NCBI GenBank assembly: GCA_965249575.1
Contig: OZ252244.1
Location: forward strand, 1,952,001 to 2,016,000
Source of the DNA: Gemmatimonadales bacterium
GTDB taxonomy: Bacteria; Gemmatimonadota; Gemmatimonadetes; Gemmatimonadales; GWC2-71-9
DNA: 64,000 bases
Direction: 5' to 3'
Shown: piece after piece, positions 49,511 through 58,895 of the stretch
Numbering within the stretch: the first letter of the stretch is position 1
Layout of the letters: every line of letters starts with the position of its first letter
Notes under the pieces: generated by a model
What the model was told of the DNA's origin: nothing
The model's database searches: none
Seen by the model: only the letters and a program-made list of their open reading frames with translations
Translations under genes and position numbers: made by a program

Positions 49511-50875
49511 TCACACCATCCGCAGGAGGTCTTGCACCATCGCGTCCGCCACGGTGACGAGCCGAGCTGCCGCAGAGTACGCCTGCTGATGGCTGATTAT
49601 TCCAACCAGTTCTTCATCCATCGAGACACCGCTCACGCTAGCGCGACTGCTCTGTGCCTGGCTGGCTAGTACCTCGTGGGAGGCGGCCATCTGGGTGGCG
49701 TTGGCGGCGGCCATGCCCACAGCAGTCAGAAGGTCGACGTAATACGTACCGGGGGTCCGGTTCCCGAGAGCTGATTGCGGCGTGTGTTGCAGGTCCGAGA
49801 TCGCCTGGGCAAGAGCACCATCACCCGGTGCGCCGCTGGTTCCCGCAGCGATGTTGTCAGCCGACACCTCGACTCCCGGAGTCAGCGCGATCGAGCCCGC
49901 GCTCACGCCGAACGGGTCGAAGAAGTCCAAGTTCGGCTGGCCGGCTACAGTGAGACCGGTTCGGTGCAGCGCGTTCACCTCTGTGACCACGGATCGCGTC
50001 AGGTCATCGAGCTGGGCGAGCAGGTTGGGAATCGTGTTGTTCACGAGTTCCATCAGCCCCTGCATTCGGCCATTTCGGGGGTCGACCGAACGACCAGACG
50101 CCGCGTCGACCAACGCATAGCCCCCGCCTGGGTTCGCCTGCAGTGCCAGCTGGACGGCCATTCCCCCGTCGACCAGTTGGGCGTCACCCGCGAGCAGCGC
50201 GACGGTTCCGCTCTTACGCTCCAACACCGTTACTGGGAGCATGCTGGCCAGTCGGTCTATCACGCGGTCGCGTTCGTCTAGCAGACTCGGCGATTCGAGT
50301 CCCCCTCCCATGGATGCGACCTGGGTATTGAGCTGAGCTAGCCGCGTGAGATCCCGGTTGATCTCGTCCAGGGTCCGACGGAGATCGGTCTGGCTGAATT
50401 TCGACGTCTCGGCGAGGCGATCGTGGGCCCCATGGATCTGGGCGACTACCTGCTGGCCCCGAGTCTGAACGGCAAGGCGAGAGACCCTGTCGTTGGGACT
50501 GACGGCAAGTCCGCTCCAGGCCGACCAGAATGCATCTAGCGTCGACGCCAGCCCGCCGGACAGATCGCCGAGCACCGCGTCGACATGACGCAGGGTGTCC
50601 CGCAGTACGGTCTGTTGTCCAAGTGCGGCTGCCTCTCGGCGATAGGCAGCGTCAAGCAGCGTGCTACGGACCCGCTCGATTCCATCGAATTCGACTCCGA
50701 GCCCGATCTGGCCGAGGCCGGAGGGGAGCCCCACGCTGCTCGCCGATAGCCGGACGCGCTGGCGGGTGTAACCTTCAGTCGACGCGTTTGCGATGTTGTG
50801 ACCTGCCACGTCCAGGCGGCGCTGGCTTGCGGCCAGAGCCGATCGAGCGATGTTGAGAAGGCCGGAGAGGGACAT
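49511..50875 (-). CDS. flgK: flagellar hook-associated protein FlgK
   Basis: GHNIANASTEGYTRQ, LLDERD, SVSGVSMDEE...QQAYSAAAR. Confidence 0.93.
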   Translation of the reverse strand: MSLSGLLNIARSALAASQRRLDVAGHNIANASTEGYTRQRVRLSASSVGLPSGLGQIGLGVEFDGIERVRSTLLDAAYRREAAALGQQTVLRDTLRHVDAVLGDLSGGLASTLDAFWSAWSGLAVSPNDRVSRLAVQTRGQQVVAQIHGAHDRLAETSKFSQTDLRRTLDEINRDLTRLAQLNTQVASMGGGLESPSLLDERDRVIDRLASMLPVTVLERKSGTVALLAGDAQLVDGGMAVQLALQANPGGGYALVDAASGRSVDPRNGRMQGLMELVNNTIPNLLAQLDDLTRSVVTEVNALHRTGLTVAGQPNLDFFDPFGVSAGSIALTPGVEVSADNIAAGTSGAPGDGALAQAISDLQHTPQSALGNRTPGTYYVDLLTAVGMAAANATQMAASHEVLASQAQSSRASVSGVSMDEELVGIISHQQAYSAAARLVTVADAMVQDLLRMV

Positions 50876-50877
50876 GG

Positions 50878-51420
50878 CTATGCGGTCCTGTTGAGGAGCA
50901 AGCCGCCCCCCTGGTGAGGCGGGTCGGGTTCATCGCCTCTGGGGTAGCCTGCCTCTGGCGCGGCGGCCCATGAAAAGAGCCGTTGCAGGTAGTCGTGGCC
51001 CGCATCGATTGCGCCCCGCAGAACCCGCTGACTCACGGCGATCTCCTCAGCCGCCCTGGCCGCCGCCGTTCGCAGGGCATCGCGAGCAGTAACGACGTTC
51101 TCAGGCATGTCGTCGTCCAGATACTGCTCGAGTTCGCCAAGCCCGACGCTTCCCCCGGTTATCGTTGCCGTAAGCGACATGCGCCTCCTCCGGGCCTCCT
51201 CGAGCGTCAGGGTAATGCGGCTCATGGCCAAGACACTGTCCTCCACCGCCTGGTAGTCGTTCGCCGCGACCATGTCGCGCTGCCTCTTGAGTGTCGCCCC
51301 CAACTCTTTGACAACCCGGGCTTCATCCTGCAACGCGACAGCGAGGTCTTCTACGTGATTGCCGCTCGGCCCGGGAGTACCTCCTTGACGCCGATCCGAT
51401 CCGTGCCTCGTGATTCCCAT
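50878..51420 (-). CDS. flgN: flagellar export chaperone FlgN
   Basis: helical pattern, position upstream of flgK, ends LLNRTA. Confidence 0.7.
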   Translation of the reverse strand: MGITRHGSDRRQGGTPGPSGNHVEDLAVALQDEARVVKELGATLKRQRDMVAANDYQAVEDSVLAMSRITLTLEEARRRRMSLTATITGGSVGLGELEQYLDDDMPENVVTARDALRTAAARAAEEIAVSQRVLRGAIDAGHDYLQRLFSWAAAPEAGYPRGDEPDPPHQGGGLLLNRTA

Positions 51421-51426
51421 CGACCC

Positions 51427-51726
51427 CTACTTGCTCTCCATTGGGCTGATGAGGTGGCGGCTGAGCTGTCGGTAGAGTGCCTCGCCCAACCCCCGGTCCA
51501 TTCGCATCGCCGCAGCCTCTGCCAGGTGCTCGTCGAATATCGCCGTGAACGTTTCGATCGCGGCTCCGCCGCCCAGCAACCCGCCGTCCGGAACGGTCTC
51601 GCGCATGGCCCGCATGACGTAGCTCATGAACACGCCCTCGAGCTGTTTGCTGGCGAGGCGGAGGCGCTCCGCCTCCGAAGCCAACCCATCGGCTGCGACG
51701 GGCGCCACCGGGTTGATGCTGCTCAT
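51427..51726 (-). CDS. flgJ: FlgJ-like rod-binding protein (single domain)
   Basis: LRLASKQLEGVF..AMRETVP...GLGEALYRQL. Confidence 0.85.
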   Translation of the reverse strand: MSSINPVAPVAADGLASEAERLRLASKQLEGVFMSYVMRAMRETVPDGGLLGGGAAIETFTAIFDEHLAEAAAMRMDRGLGEALYRQLSRHLISPMESK

Positions 51727-52751
51727 CGGACCAGCACCGTCGCTTGCAGCGCGCCGACGTCGCGCAGGGCTTCGAAGATGGTAGCGATCTCCGGCGGTCT
51801 CGCTCCAGCTGAATGGAGTGCGGCCGGAACCTCCTGAACCGAAGCGCCTACTGTGCCGTAGACTACGCCCGCCGGGGGTACCAAGTCTTGAGGTCCACCG
51901 ATCGTCAGGGTGAAGCCGCCGTGCGAAACCGATGCTGGTCCGACCGTCAAATCGCCGCCGGCGACCAACGTCCCGTCTTGAACATCAACTACCAGCTGAT
52001 TCCGCGCTGGGAGAACGACGGTGAGCGTTTCCACTGCCGCGACGAACGCCAAGGGATCGTCGCCGTTCTGATCACCCGGGTTGAGAGCCACCGAACCGGG
52101 GTCTTCAACGGATGCGGTGCCGTCGCCGAACGCTGCAGTGATTGCCTGCGCGATCCGCGTAGCGACTTCCAGACGAGGCCTTCGGAGAAAGAGGCGTGGA
52201 ACGCCGGTGGTGGCCAGCACCGGAGAGTCGACCTCGAGCACACCGCCGTCGGGGATCCGGCCCGCAGCCGTGCGGCGGGAGTATCCTCGGTTCGACTGCT
52301 CGTCGATGATTACCCGTCCCTGGCCCGTGGCCATCGATGGTTGTCCGACGTCAGTTATGAGCGGTGTCATCCAGAGAACGCCTCCCCGTAGGGACGTGGC
52401 GTCGCCGAGTGAGGCAACCTGCAGATCGAATCTTCCTCCGGCCCGCAGGTACGGAGACACCTCCGCCGTGACCAGTACCGCGGCGACGTTGCGGAGTCGC
52501 AGGCGTTCGGGTGGTACCGCGACATCGAACCGGCGAAGCAGGTTCGCCACCGAGGTCACCGTGTGAACGGCGCCGACCGACGATCCAAAGCTTCGGTCAC
52601 CGGTCCCACCGAGACCGACGACCAACCCGTAGCCGACCACTCGGCGCGGGACGTCCCGCTCCAGGGTCACCAGGGCACCAATCGGTGTCTGCTGCGCCCC
52701 TAGTGGAATGGCAATGGTTGCCAGCAAGGCGACGAGCGCGCATCGCGTCAT
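51723..52751 (-). CDS. flgI: flagellar P-ring protein FlgI
   Basis: signal peptide MTRCALVALL; VGYGLVVGLGGTGD, NVAAVLVTA, SLGDATSLRGG. Confidence 0.9.
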   Translation of the reverse strand: MTRCALVALLATIAIPLGAQQTPIGALVTLERDVPRRVVGYGLVVGLGGTGDRSFGSSVGAVHTVTSVANLLRRFDVAVPPERLRLRNVAAVLVTAEVSPYLRAGGRFDLQVASLGDATSLRGGVLWMTPLITDVGQPSMATGQGRVIIDEQSNRGYSRRTAAGRIPDGGVLEVDSPVLATTGVPRLFLRRPRLEVATRIAQAITAAFGDGTASVEDPGSVALNPGDQNGDDPLAFVAAVETLTVVLPARNQLVVDVQDGTLVAGGDLTVGPASVSHGGFTLTIGGPQDLVPPAGVVYGTVGASVQEVPAALHSAGARPPEIATIFEALRDVGALQATVLVR

Positions 52752-52753
52752 GA

Positions 52754-53255
52754 TCACGGCTAAAAGATCCCCAGAATCTTGCCAATGATTCCCTTCTTTG
52801 GCCCGATACCCTTGCCCTTGTAGGAGATGTTCGCGTTCGCGAGTCGGGACGAAAGCACCATGTTGTGCTGGTTCACGTCTTCCGCCCGCACGAGGCCGGT
52901 TAGCTCCAGCTCCTGCTGGCGTCCGTCGACCTTCACCATTCGGGTTCCTTCGACTCGCAGTGAACCGTCGGACTCGATGGCGGCGACCCGCACGCTCATC
53001 GTCGCGAAGAGTGATCCCCGGCGATCGCTTCGCCCGTCCTCCCGCGACGACGCGTCCATTCCGGTCGATAGACCCAACGGCAGCGCGGATGGAAGCGCGA
53101 TCGTGCCGGCCGACAAGTCGGCGGCTCCGGTTTGGCCGCGCGACGAACTCGCGACACGGTCGGTCCGTTCGCTCGCTACTGCCTGCTCGTCGATCAGCAC
53201 GGTGAGGATGTCGCCAACCGTGAAGTTGCGGCGGTCGGAAGTCCATGACGCGCGC
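52754..53255 (-). pseudogene. flgH: flagellar L-ring protein FlgH; N-terminus missing and a TAG two codons before the likely stop
   Basis: SWTSDRRNFTVGDILTVLIDE...VEGTRMVKVD..LTGLVRAEDV..NMVLSSRLANANI; ends TTT TAG CCG TGA. Confidence 0.8.
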
Positions 53256-53259
53256 GCGG

Positions 53260-53921
53260 CCCGCGCGGACGGATCCGTCGTTCAGGGCCATGCCTCGAGC
53301 GTGACCTTGGCGGCGGTCGATTCTTACGGTTACCGGGTCGCCGGGAGCGGCTTCGTTGAGTGCTACTCCGCGCATTTCGACGCGTACGTTTCCGCGCCGA
53401 ACCACGAGGCGCACCCGTGTACCAGCGGCGACCACGGGGGCCGGCGTGACGACACCGACCCGCAGTGCCTCGCCGGCGCGAACGGGTCGCCGAAGCACCC
53501 AGCCCAACTGTAGCCGCTGGCCGGGTTGCCCCAGTTCCGGTCTCCAACGAACACGTGGCTCATAGCGAAAGTCGCCACTGGCCAGCGTTTCCCCCGCCAA
53601 CAACGGCCGGGTCGCCACGGGGACATCAATGTGGATACCTGCCCGCAAACGGGCGGCTACGGGCGCCGCGGCACGCGGTTCGAACACCACGGAAAACCAC
53701 CCGTCCCCGCCGCCGTGAATGCGGAAGGACGTGGAGTCGTGCAGCGCGTCGGGGCGGCGGATCTGCCCCCATGAGAGTACGACGCTATCTCGGTGAACGC
53801 CGAGCCTTGGCGCGACCGCGGCCGCAACCGAGGCTTGTAGTGCCTCCGGTACGCCGTCCTGGGCGAAGGCCGGCATGGCAAGCAACATCAGGGGGAGCGC
53901 CAGCCTAGCGCATGAGGCCAT
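53260..53921 (-). CDS. flgA: P-ring chaperone FlgA (stop codon lost at the junction with flgH)
   Basis: signal peptide; SAF-like VPVATRPLLAGE; PVVAAGTRV..VEMRGVAL..GDPVTV. Confidence 0.75.
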
Positions 53922-54693
53922 TGACTGCCTCGATCATTTCTTCTGCGGTTCGGATCGCGCGAGCGTTGATCTCATACGCGCGCTGAGCCGCGATCATGTC
54001 CACCATCTCCTGCACGATCTCAACATTGCTTCCCTCGAGCGCACCACCCATGAGACGTCCGAACCCGTCTTCTTGCGGTACGCCCGGTATGGGTTCGCCT
54101 GACGCGGCGGTCTCGCCGAAGAGGTTCTCCCCCAGGCTCTCGAGGCCCGACGGATTGACGAACCGCGCGAGCTCGATGCGCCCGAGTTCGATCGGAGTGC
54201 TCCCGTTCGCTACCTGGGCTGTAAGGACGCCGCTCGGTGCGGTAGCAACTGACGTTGCGTCTGGTGGAACGTTGATCGGCGGCTGAAGGAGATGGCCGCC
54301 GTTCGTGACCAGGGCTCCCGTATCCGAGATCGTGAACGTACCGTCCCGAGTGTAGCCTAGCGTGCCGTCGGGGCGAAGCACCTGGAAGAACCCTTCGCCC
54401 TCGATCGCGAGATCGAGCGGCTGTCCCGTCATCTCGACGTGCCCCTGCGTATGGATGCGCTGAATTGCCGCGAGGCGCACGCCGTGCCCGAGCTGTATGG
54501 GAGCCAGGGTGCCCGCTTGGGCGTAGTTGACGACGCGAGCCCCCTGCAACGTCTCGTAGAAGACATCTTCGAAGGTGACCCTGCCGCGCTTGAAGCCACT
54601 CGTGTTGACGTTCGCCAAGTTGTGGGCGATGACGTCAACCCGAAGTTGCTGCGCCCGCATTCCGCTGGCGGATGTCCGAAGTGCTGGGTTCAT
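53905..54693 (-). CDS. flgG: flagellar basal-body rod protein FlgG
   Basis: SGMRAQQ..DVIAHNLANVNTSGFK, LDLAIEGEGFF, YTRDG, LEGSNVEIVQEMVDMI.AQRAYE. Confidence 0.95.
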   Translation of the reverse strand: MNPALRTSASGMRAQQLRVDVIAHNLANVNTSGFKRGRVTFEDVFYETLQGARVVNYAQAGTLAPIQLGHGVRLAAIQRIHTQGHVEMTGQPLDLAIEGEGFFQVLRPDGTLGYTRDGTFTISDTGALVTNGGHLLQPPINVPPDATSVATAPSGVLTAQVANGSTPIELGRIELARFVNPSGLESLGENLFGETAASGEPIPGVPQEDGFGRLMGGALEGSNVEIVQEMVDMIAAQRAYEINARAIRTAEEMIEAVNGLMR

Positions 54694-54722
54694 CAAAAAC
54701 TCCCCTCGTGCGGTGCTGCGTG

Positions 54723-55062
54723 TCAGACCCTGCCGGTATCGTTGACCAGCGTTGCGGTCGCGGCGTCTTGCGCTCGCAGTGCCTCGAGATTGGCGCCGTA
54801 TGCGCGTTGCATCGTGATGAGTTCAACCATCCCACGAATCGGATCGACGTTCGCGTCTTCGAGCGTGGCCTGGCGGAGCTTCGTCAGACCGATGTCGACC
54901 GGTTTCACGGGTCCGGGAGCGAAAAACTGGCCCGCGCCTTCCTTCTGCAGGGTTGCGGGTTCTTCCGGGTTGACTATTCGTAACCGATCGATCAACACGT
55001 CGTTCACGAGCACAGAACCGTCGACCTGGAGACGTGTTTGCCCCGGTGGCAGCGCGACGGGC
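54723..55062 (-). pseudogene. flgF: C-terminal third of rod protein FlgF, fused in frame to fliR
   Basis: PVALPPG..QVDGSV..LRIV..LRQATLEDANVDPIRGMVELITMQRAY. Confidence 0.8.
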
Positions 55063-55631
55063 GCTGCGATGCTCACGGCAGTGCTGAAGACGACACTGAC
55101 CTGCGGAATCAGTGCTGTCATGCCCGCGAGGAGATCTGCCTGGCCTCCCGGGGGGATACCGTCGAAGCTGCGAGCCAAGCCGCGAATGGCCACGAGGTGC
55201 CCGCCCATTGCGAGATAGAGCGCCAGCTCCATGAGGTTGCCCAAGCGCCCCACCTCGCCCTCGGTGGTCTCGAGCGTCGGATCGACGGCCGACGCGATGT
55301 GCAGTCCCATCTGCACGCCGATTACCTCACCTGCCAGGGAGACGGCGTGCATGAAGAGCGCCGCCGCCAAGCCGATGGCGACCCCAACTAGTAACTCCGT
55401 GGCGATGACGAATGGCAGTTCGAGGCTGACGGCGGATGGCTCGATGTGCGGAACGGTCGGCACCACGGAAAGGGTCAGCCCAACCGCAAACGCCGCCCGG
55501 ACGCGCCCCGGAATCGTGGCCATCGAGAACACTGGTCCCGCGAGAACCATCCCGGCCACGCGGGACGACACGATCGCGAAGGTCGGCCAGCCACTTGGGG
55601 CTATGGCGTCGAGGATCGGAGCCTGGATCAC
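55056..55631 (-). pseudogene. fliR: N-terminal three-quarters of FliR
   Basis: GTG overlapping the fliQ stop; RVAGM..PVFS..IP.RVR, ELLVG, AGEVIGVQMGL, GGH..SF, IAAPV. Confidence 0.85.
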
Positions 55632-55897
55632 GAAACGAGCGTAGGCACGCTGCGAAGCGTCTCGATTAGGTAGCGAACCAGCTGTCGCAGCATCCACGGC
55701 ATGGTCAGGACCAACACGGCGGCTAGCGCGGCGACCTTGGGGACGAACGTGAGGGTCTGTTCCTGAATCTGCGTGACGGCTTGGACGACGCTAACCGCGA
55801 CGCCGACGATCAGCGTCGTCAGGAGAAGCGGTCCCGCGACGAGGAGCGCCACCATAACGGCGCGTCGGACGAGCTCGACGACCAAGACGGAGGACAT
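55628..55897 (-). CDS. fliQ: flagellar export protein FliQ
   Basis: QAVTQIQEQTLTFVPK, PWM. Confidence 0.95.
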   Translation of the reverse strand: MSSVLVVELVRRAVMVALLVAGPLLLTTLIVGVAVSVVQAVTQIQEQTLTFVPKVAALAAVLVLTMPWMLRQLVRYLIETLRSVPTLVS

Positions 55898-55903
55898 GCG
55901 GCG

Positions 55904-57004
55904 CTAGCCCCGGAAGCTCGCGGCGAGGTTTTGAATGACCAGAGTCCACCCATCGGCGAGCACAAAGAGCAACAGCTTGAACGGGATCGATATCATGACC
56001 GGACGCAACATGAACATGCCCATGCTGACCAACACCGATGCGACGATTAGGTCGATCACGATGAACGGCAGAAAGATCACGAACCCGATCTGGAACGCCG
56101 CCTGGAGCTCGCTGGTGATGAAGGCGCTGGCGACGACGGTTGTCGGAATGTCATCGATCGTTGCGAGGCTGTCGGTCTGTGAGAGCTCAGTAAAAACCGT
56201 CAGGTTCTCCTCGCGCGTGTTGCGAAGCATGAACTCCCGGAAGGGAGTCAACGCAGCCCTGTAGGCGTCCGCTTGGCTGATCTGTCCCCCGAGATAGGGC
56301 TGAAGGGCCACGGTGTTTGCCTCCCGAACGGTCGGCGCCATCACGACCCCGCTCAGCATCACGGCCATCGCTATGAGCAGCTGGGACGGCGGCGTACTCT
56401 GCGTGCCCAACGCCATCCGCAGGAAATGCAGCACGACGAGAATGCGCGTGAAGCTGGTCATGAGCAGAACCAGCGTCGGCAGCAGGGTGAGAACACCCAT
56501 GAGCACGACGATTCCCACAGCTCCCGAGAACTCGAGACTGTCTTGGCCGGAACCCAATTGGATCTGGAATTGCGGCGCGACGATCGCCGATGTCGGAGGT
56601 GAGGTCGGCGTCGCCTGGGCGTGGCAAATGACAGGCGTGAGCCAGAGCGCGGCCGCGAGCGGTAACCAAGTCGATAGGCCAGGCGACTTGCGTTCCGGCA
56701 AGCCGCCATGCCGACCTTTGGTGGGCGATTCCTTCAGGGCCTGCTGGAGATGTTGTCCCGCCAGTTCGGCAAGGAGGCGCGAGCCCTGATCCGAGAGGGA
56801 CACCACGAGTACCCGATCGCCAACTCGAAGCAGGCCGATGCCCTGGCGTGGCCCCGTGGCAATGCGTTGAATCAACGCCAGTGGAATGACATGTCGGCTG
56901 GTGACGGACCCGTGCATCCATCGACGCAAGAAATGGAGGCCGACGACGAGTACCCCGATCGTTAGGGCGAGCGAGGCGGCCACGCCTAGTACGGCAGCTC
57001 CCAC
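55904..57004 (-). CDS. fliP: FliO-FliP fusion protein
   Basis: N-terminal FliO-like TM plus 'LIQRIATGPRQGIGLLRVGDRVLVV'; FliP MTSFTRI, ALGTQSTPP, SELQAAFQIGF, PFKLLLFVLADGW. Confidence 0.9.
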   Translation of the reverse strand: MGAAVLGVAASLALTIGVLVVGLHFLRRWMHGSVTSRHVIPLALIQRIATGPRQGIGLLRVGDRVLVVSLSDQGSRLLAELAGQHLQQALKESPTKGRHGGLPERKSPGLSTWLPLAAALWLTPVICHAQATPTSPPTSAIVAPQFQIQLGSGQDSLEFSGAVGIVVLMGVLTLLPTLVLLMTSFTRILVVLHFLRMALGTQSTPPSQLLIAMAVMLSGVVMAPTVREANTVALQPYLGGQISQADAYRAALTPFREFMLRNTREENLTVFTELSQTDSLATIDDIPTTVVASAFITSELQAAFQIGFVIFLPFIVIDLIVASVLVSMGMFMLRPVMISIPFKLLLFVLADGWTLVIQNLAASFRG

Positions 57005-57367
57005 CTACGACTGTCCCGACGACATGTTGCCCGGCGAGATGATGCGGGTGATCCGAACTCCGAATTGCTCGCCGATCACGACAACTTCACCCTCCGCGAG
57101 TTTCCGGTCGCTCACGAATACGTCAACCGGCTCGCCCGCGAGTCGGTCGAGCTGAATCACTGAGCCTCGCCCAAGCTGAAGGATGTCCTGCACCGTCATG
57201 TGCGTTCTGCCAAACTCGATGGACAGGGGAAGCGACAGATCGGAAAGCACGTCGAGGGAGGCCCCGTGACCGCCATTTGCCGTGCCGGCCGTGTTTAGCT
57301 CATCGAAGGCGGCCGGCGAGGGATCGTTCGGCCGCGATTCGCTCTGTGGAGTAGCGTCGTCAGTCAT
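57005..57367 (-). CDS. fliN: flagellar motor switch protein FliN
   Basis: EFGRT...GSVIQLDRLAGEPVDV..AEGEVVVI..FGVRI. Confidence 0.93.
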   Translation of the reverse strand: MTDDATPQSESRPNDPSPAAFDELNTAGTANGGHGASLDVLSDLSLPLSIEFGRTHMTVQDILQLGRGSVIQLDRLAGEPVDVFVSDRKLAEGEVVVIGEQFGVRITRIISPGNMSSGQS

Positions 57368-58054
57368 GAGATGAGGTGGCCCTTTGGCGCCGTACGTGCC
57401 GGGTCACGAGGCGCGTCGGTTGTGGGTTCCGTGATTTGTAGCGCGAGAAACTGTCGGACCCGGCCAGGCATGGCGAGGTACCGGCGGCGGTCGCCTACAT
57501 GGACTTCGATCGGAACGTCAGACGGCAGGCCGGCGTTGATGACCGATCCGGGAGCTAGCGACTTGACATCGCCCATTGAGAGTCGGAAGCAGGGGAGCCG
57601 GGCTGTCACCCGTTGGCTAGCCGTTCGGAGAATCGACTCCAGCAACGGGCGGCTCGTCGTTCGATCGATGGCAGCTTTGGCCGGCCCGTGAAGTCGACCC
57701 ACCGGGACATTCAGGAAGGTCTCAAGGGCCTGTAGTGGGAGGCACACGGAGAGGGTCGAGGAGGTGCCTCCGCACCGGGTGTCAAGGGCCACGACGAGCA
57801 TGTGATCGTCCCGATTACTGATGCCCAAGAGGTCGGGCGTCGACTCGAACGCCGTTTGCCGTGGAGCGAACTGGATGTCGTCCTGCCAGGCCTCGGCAAA
57901 GAGGACGAGGGCTCTATCGGAGACTCCCTTGACTACAAGACGCTCCAACGGCGTCAGTGGCCTCGCGATACTGGCCTCCTCGCCCGGTCCGCCGAAGAGC
58001 CGGTCGACGAGGAGGTATGCCAGCTCATTGCCGAAATCCAACACACCCTCGCGA
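57364..58054 (-). pseudogene. fliM: FliM lacking its N-terminal part
   Basis: VDRLFGG..RPLTPLE, AWQ, ES.P, C-terminal SpoA-like LAPGSVI; begins abruptly at the end of fliL. Confidence 0.85.
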
Positions 58055-58571
58055 ACTGGATGACGAATTGCGGGAGGTACACCTGAAGGTCGGCGCCGGG
58101 GTTTAGGAGCTCGGCCACGGCCACCCGCAACGCCTCCTTAAGGCTGTCGCGGGCGCCGGGCATCGTGAGCTCCTGCAGGTCCCTCGCCTCGAATACCGAC
58201 GTGATGAGATCCCGGATGTGGGGCTCTCGTTCGATCAGAGTCTGCTCTTCAAGTTCGGTCGTGACCTCGAGGGCGACTGAAGCCATGACGAAGCGGGTCC
58301 CATGGCTACCCGCGGGATTGACCACGAGGTTACCCACCTCGAACATCCGTCCGACCGGGCGATCCTGCTCCGTCGAGGCACCCGATTCCGCTTCCGCGTG
58401 CTCGTCTTGGTTCGCCGTGAGCTGCGGAGCGACGGCAAAGCGCGCCGTCAGGATGCCGAACAGAGCGGCACCGCCGATGACCGCGGGGGTCATCCACCGC
58501 TTGGCCTTCGGGGGGGTCGCCGCTGGAGCTTCTTCGGCCTGATCCGTTTGGGCTGCTGGGTCACCGGCCAT
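58055..58571 (-). CDS. fliL: flagellar protein FliL (stop codon lost)
   Basis: TM helix, NLVVNPAGS.GTRF, PHIRD, VYLPQFVIQ. Confidence 0.88.
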
Positions 58572-58647
58572 GATCCCGTTCCGTGCGGGCCATCCGGATT
58601 CCGCCCTTCATGGGCGGCGTGGGGCCACATCGCGGAGAGGCCAAAAG

Positions 58648-58723
58648 GCAAGGCACATACCAAGCTGCGTCTCGGGGCTGCCGAGCGGCACACCCGGGCT
58701 CGACTATCGATAAGCCATTGACT
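58648..58723 (-). promoter_or_regulatory. sigma54 promoter plus IHF site for the fliL operon
   Basis: minus strand TTGGTATG-TGCC-TTGC (58663-58648, GG-N10-GC); AGTCAATGGCTTA (58723-58711) matches WATCAANNNNTTR at all but one position. Confidence 0.7.
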
Positions 58724-58855
58724 TACAACGATATAGCATGCGTCGTGCGCAGGCTGTCGAGTCGGTGAAATCCAGGGTCGGGGGCCACCGAGAGCCACTC
58801 GCCGTCACCGTCAGGAAAGCGCTTCCGAATGGGGCGGATAAAATTGCCGGGTGGG

Positions 58856-58888
58856 GACGACCGCCGCGCCATAGGCGCGGCGGCCGTC
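58856..58888 (-). terminator. GC-rich hairpin downstream of flgE
   Basis: GACGACCGCCGCGCC-ATA-GGCGCGGCGGCCGTC, 15-bp stem with one G-U pair on the minus strand; no clear U tract. Confidence 0.55.
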
Positions 58889-58895
58889 GGTGGGA

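Noticed and set aside
51723..53921. 732-aa ORF that looks like a FlgA-FlgI fusion
   Set aside because: The middle is out-of-frame flgH sequence. FlgI has its own ATG and signal peptide at 52751, and the read-through comes from the lost flgA stop.
58735..58752. second sigma54-like element upstream of fliL (GCGCACGACGCATGCT on the minus strand)
   Set aside because: It lacks the invariant GG at -24, and a better site exists at 58648-58663.
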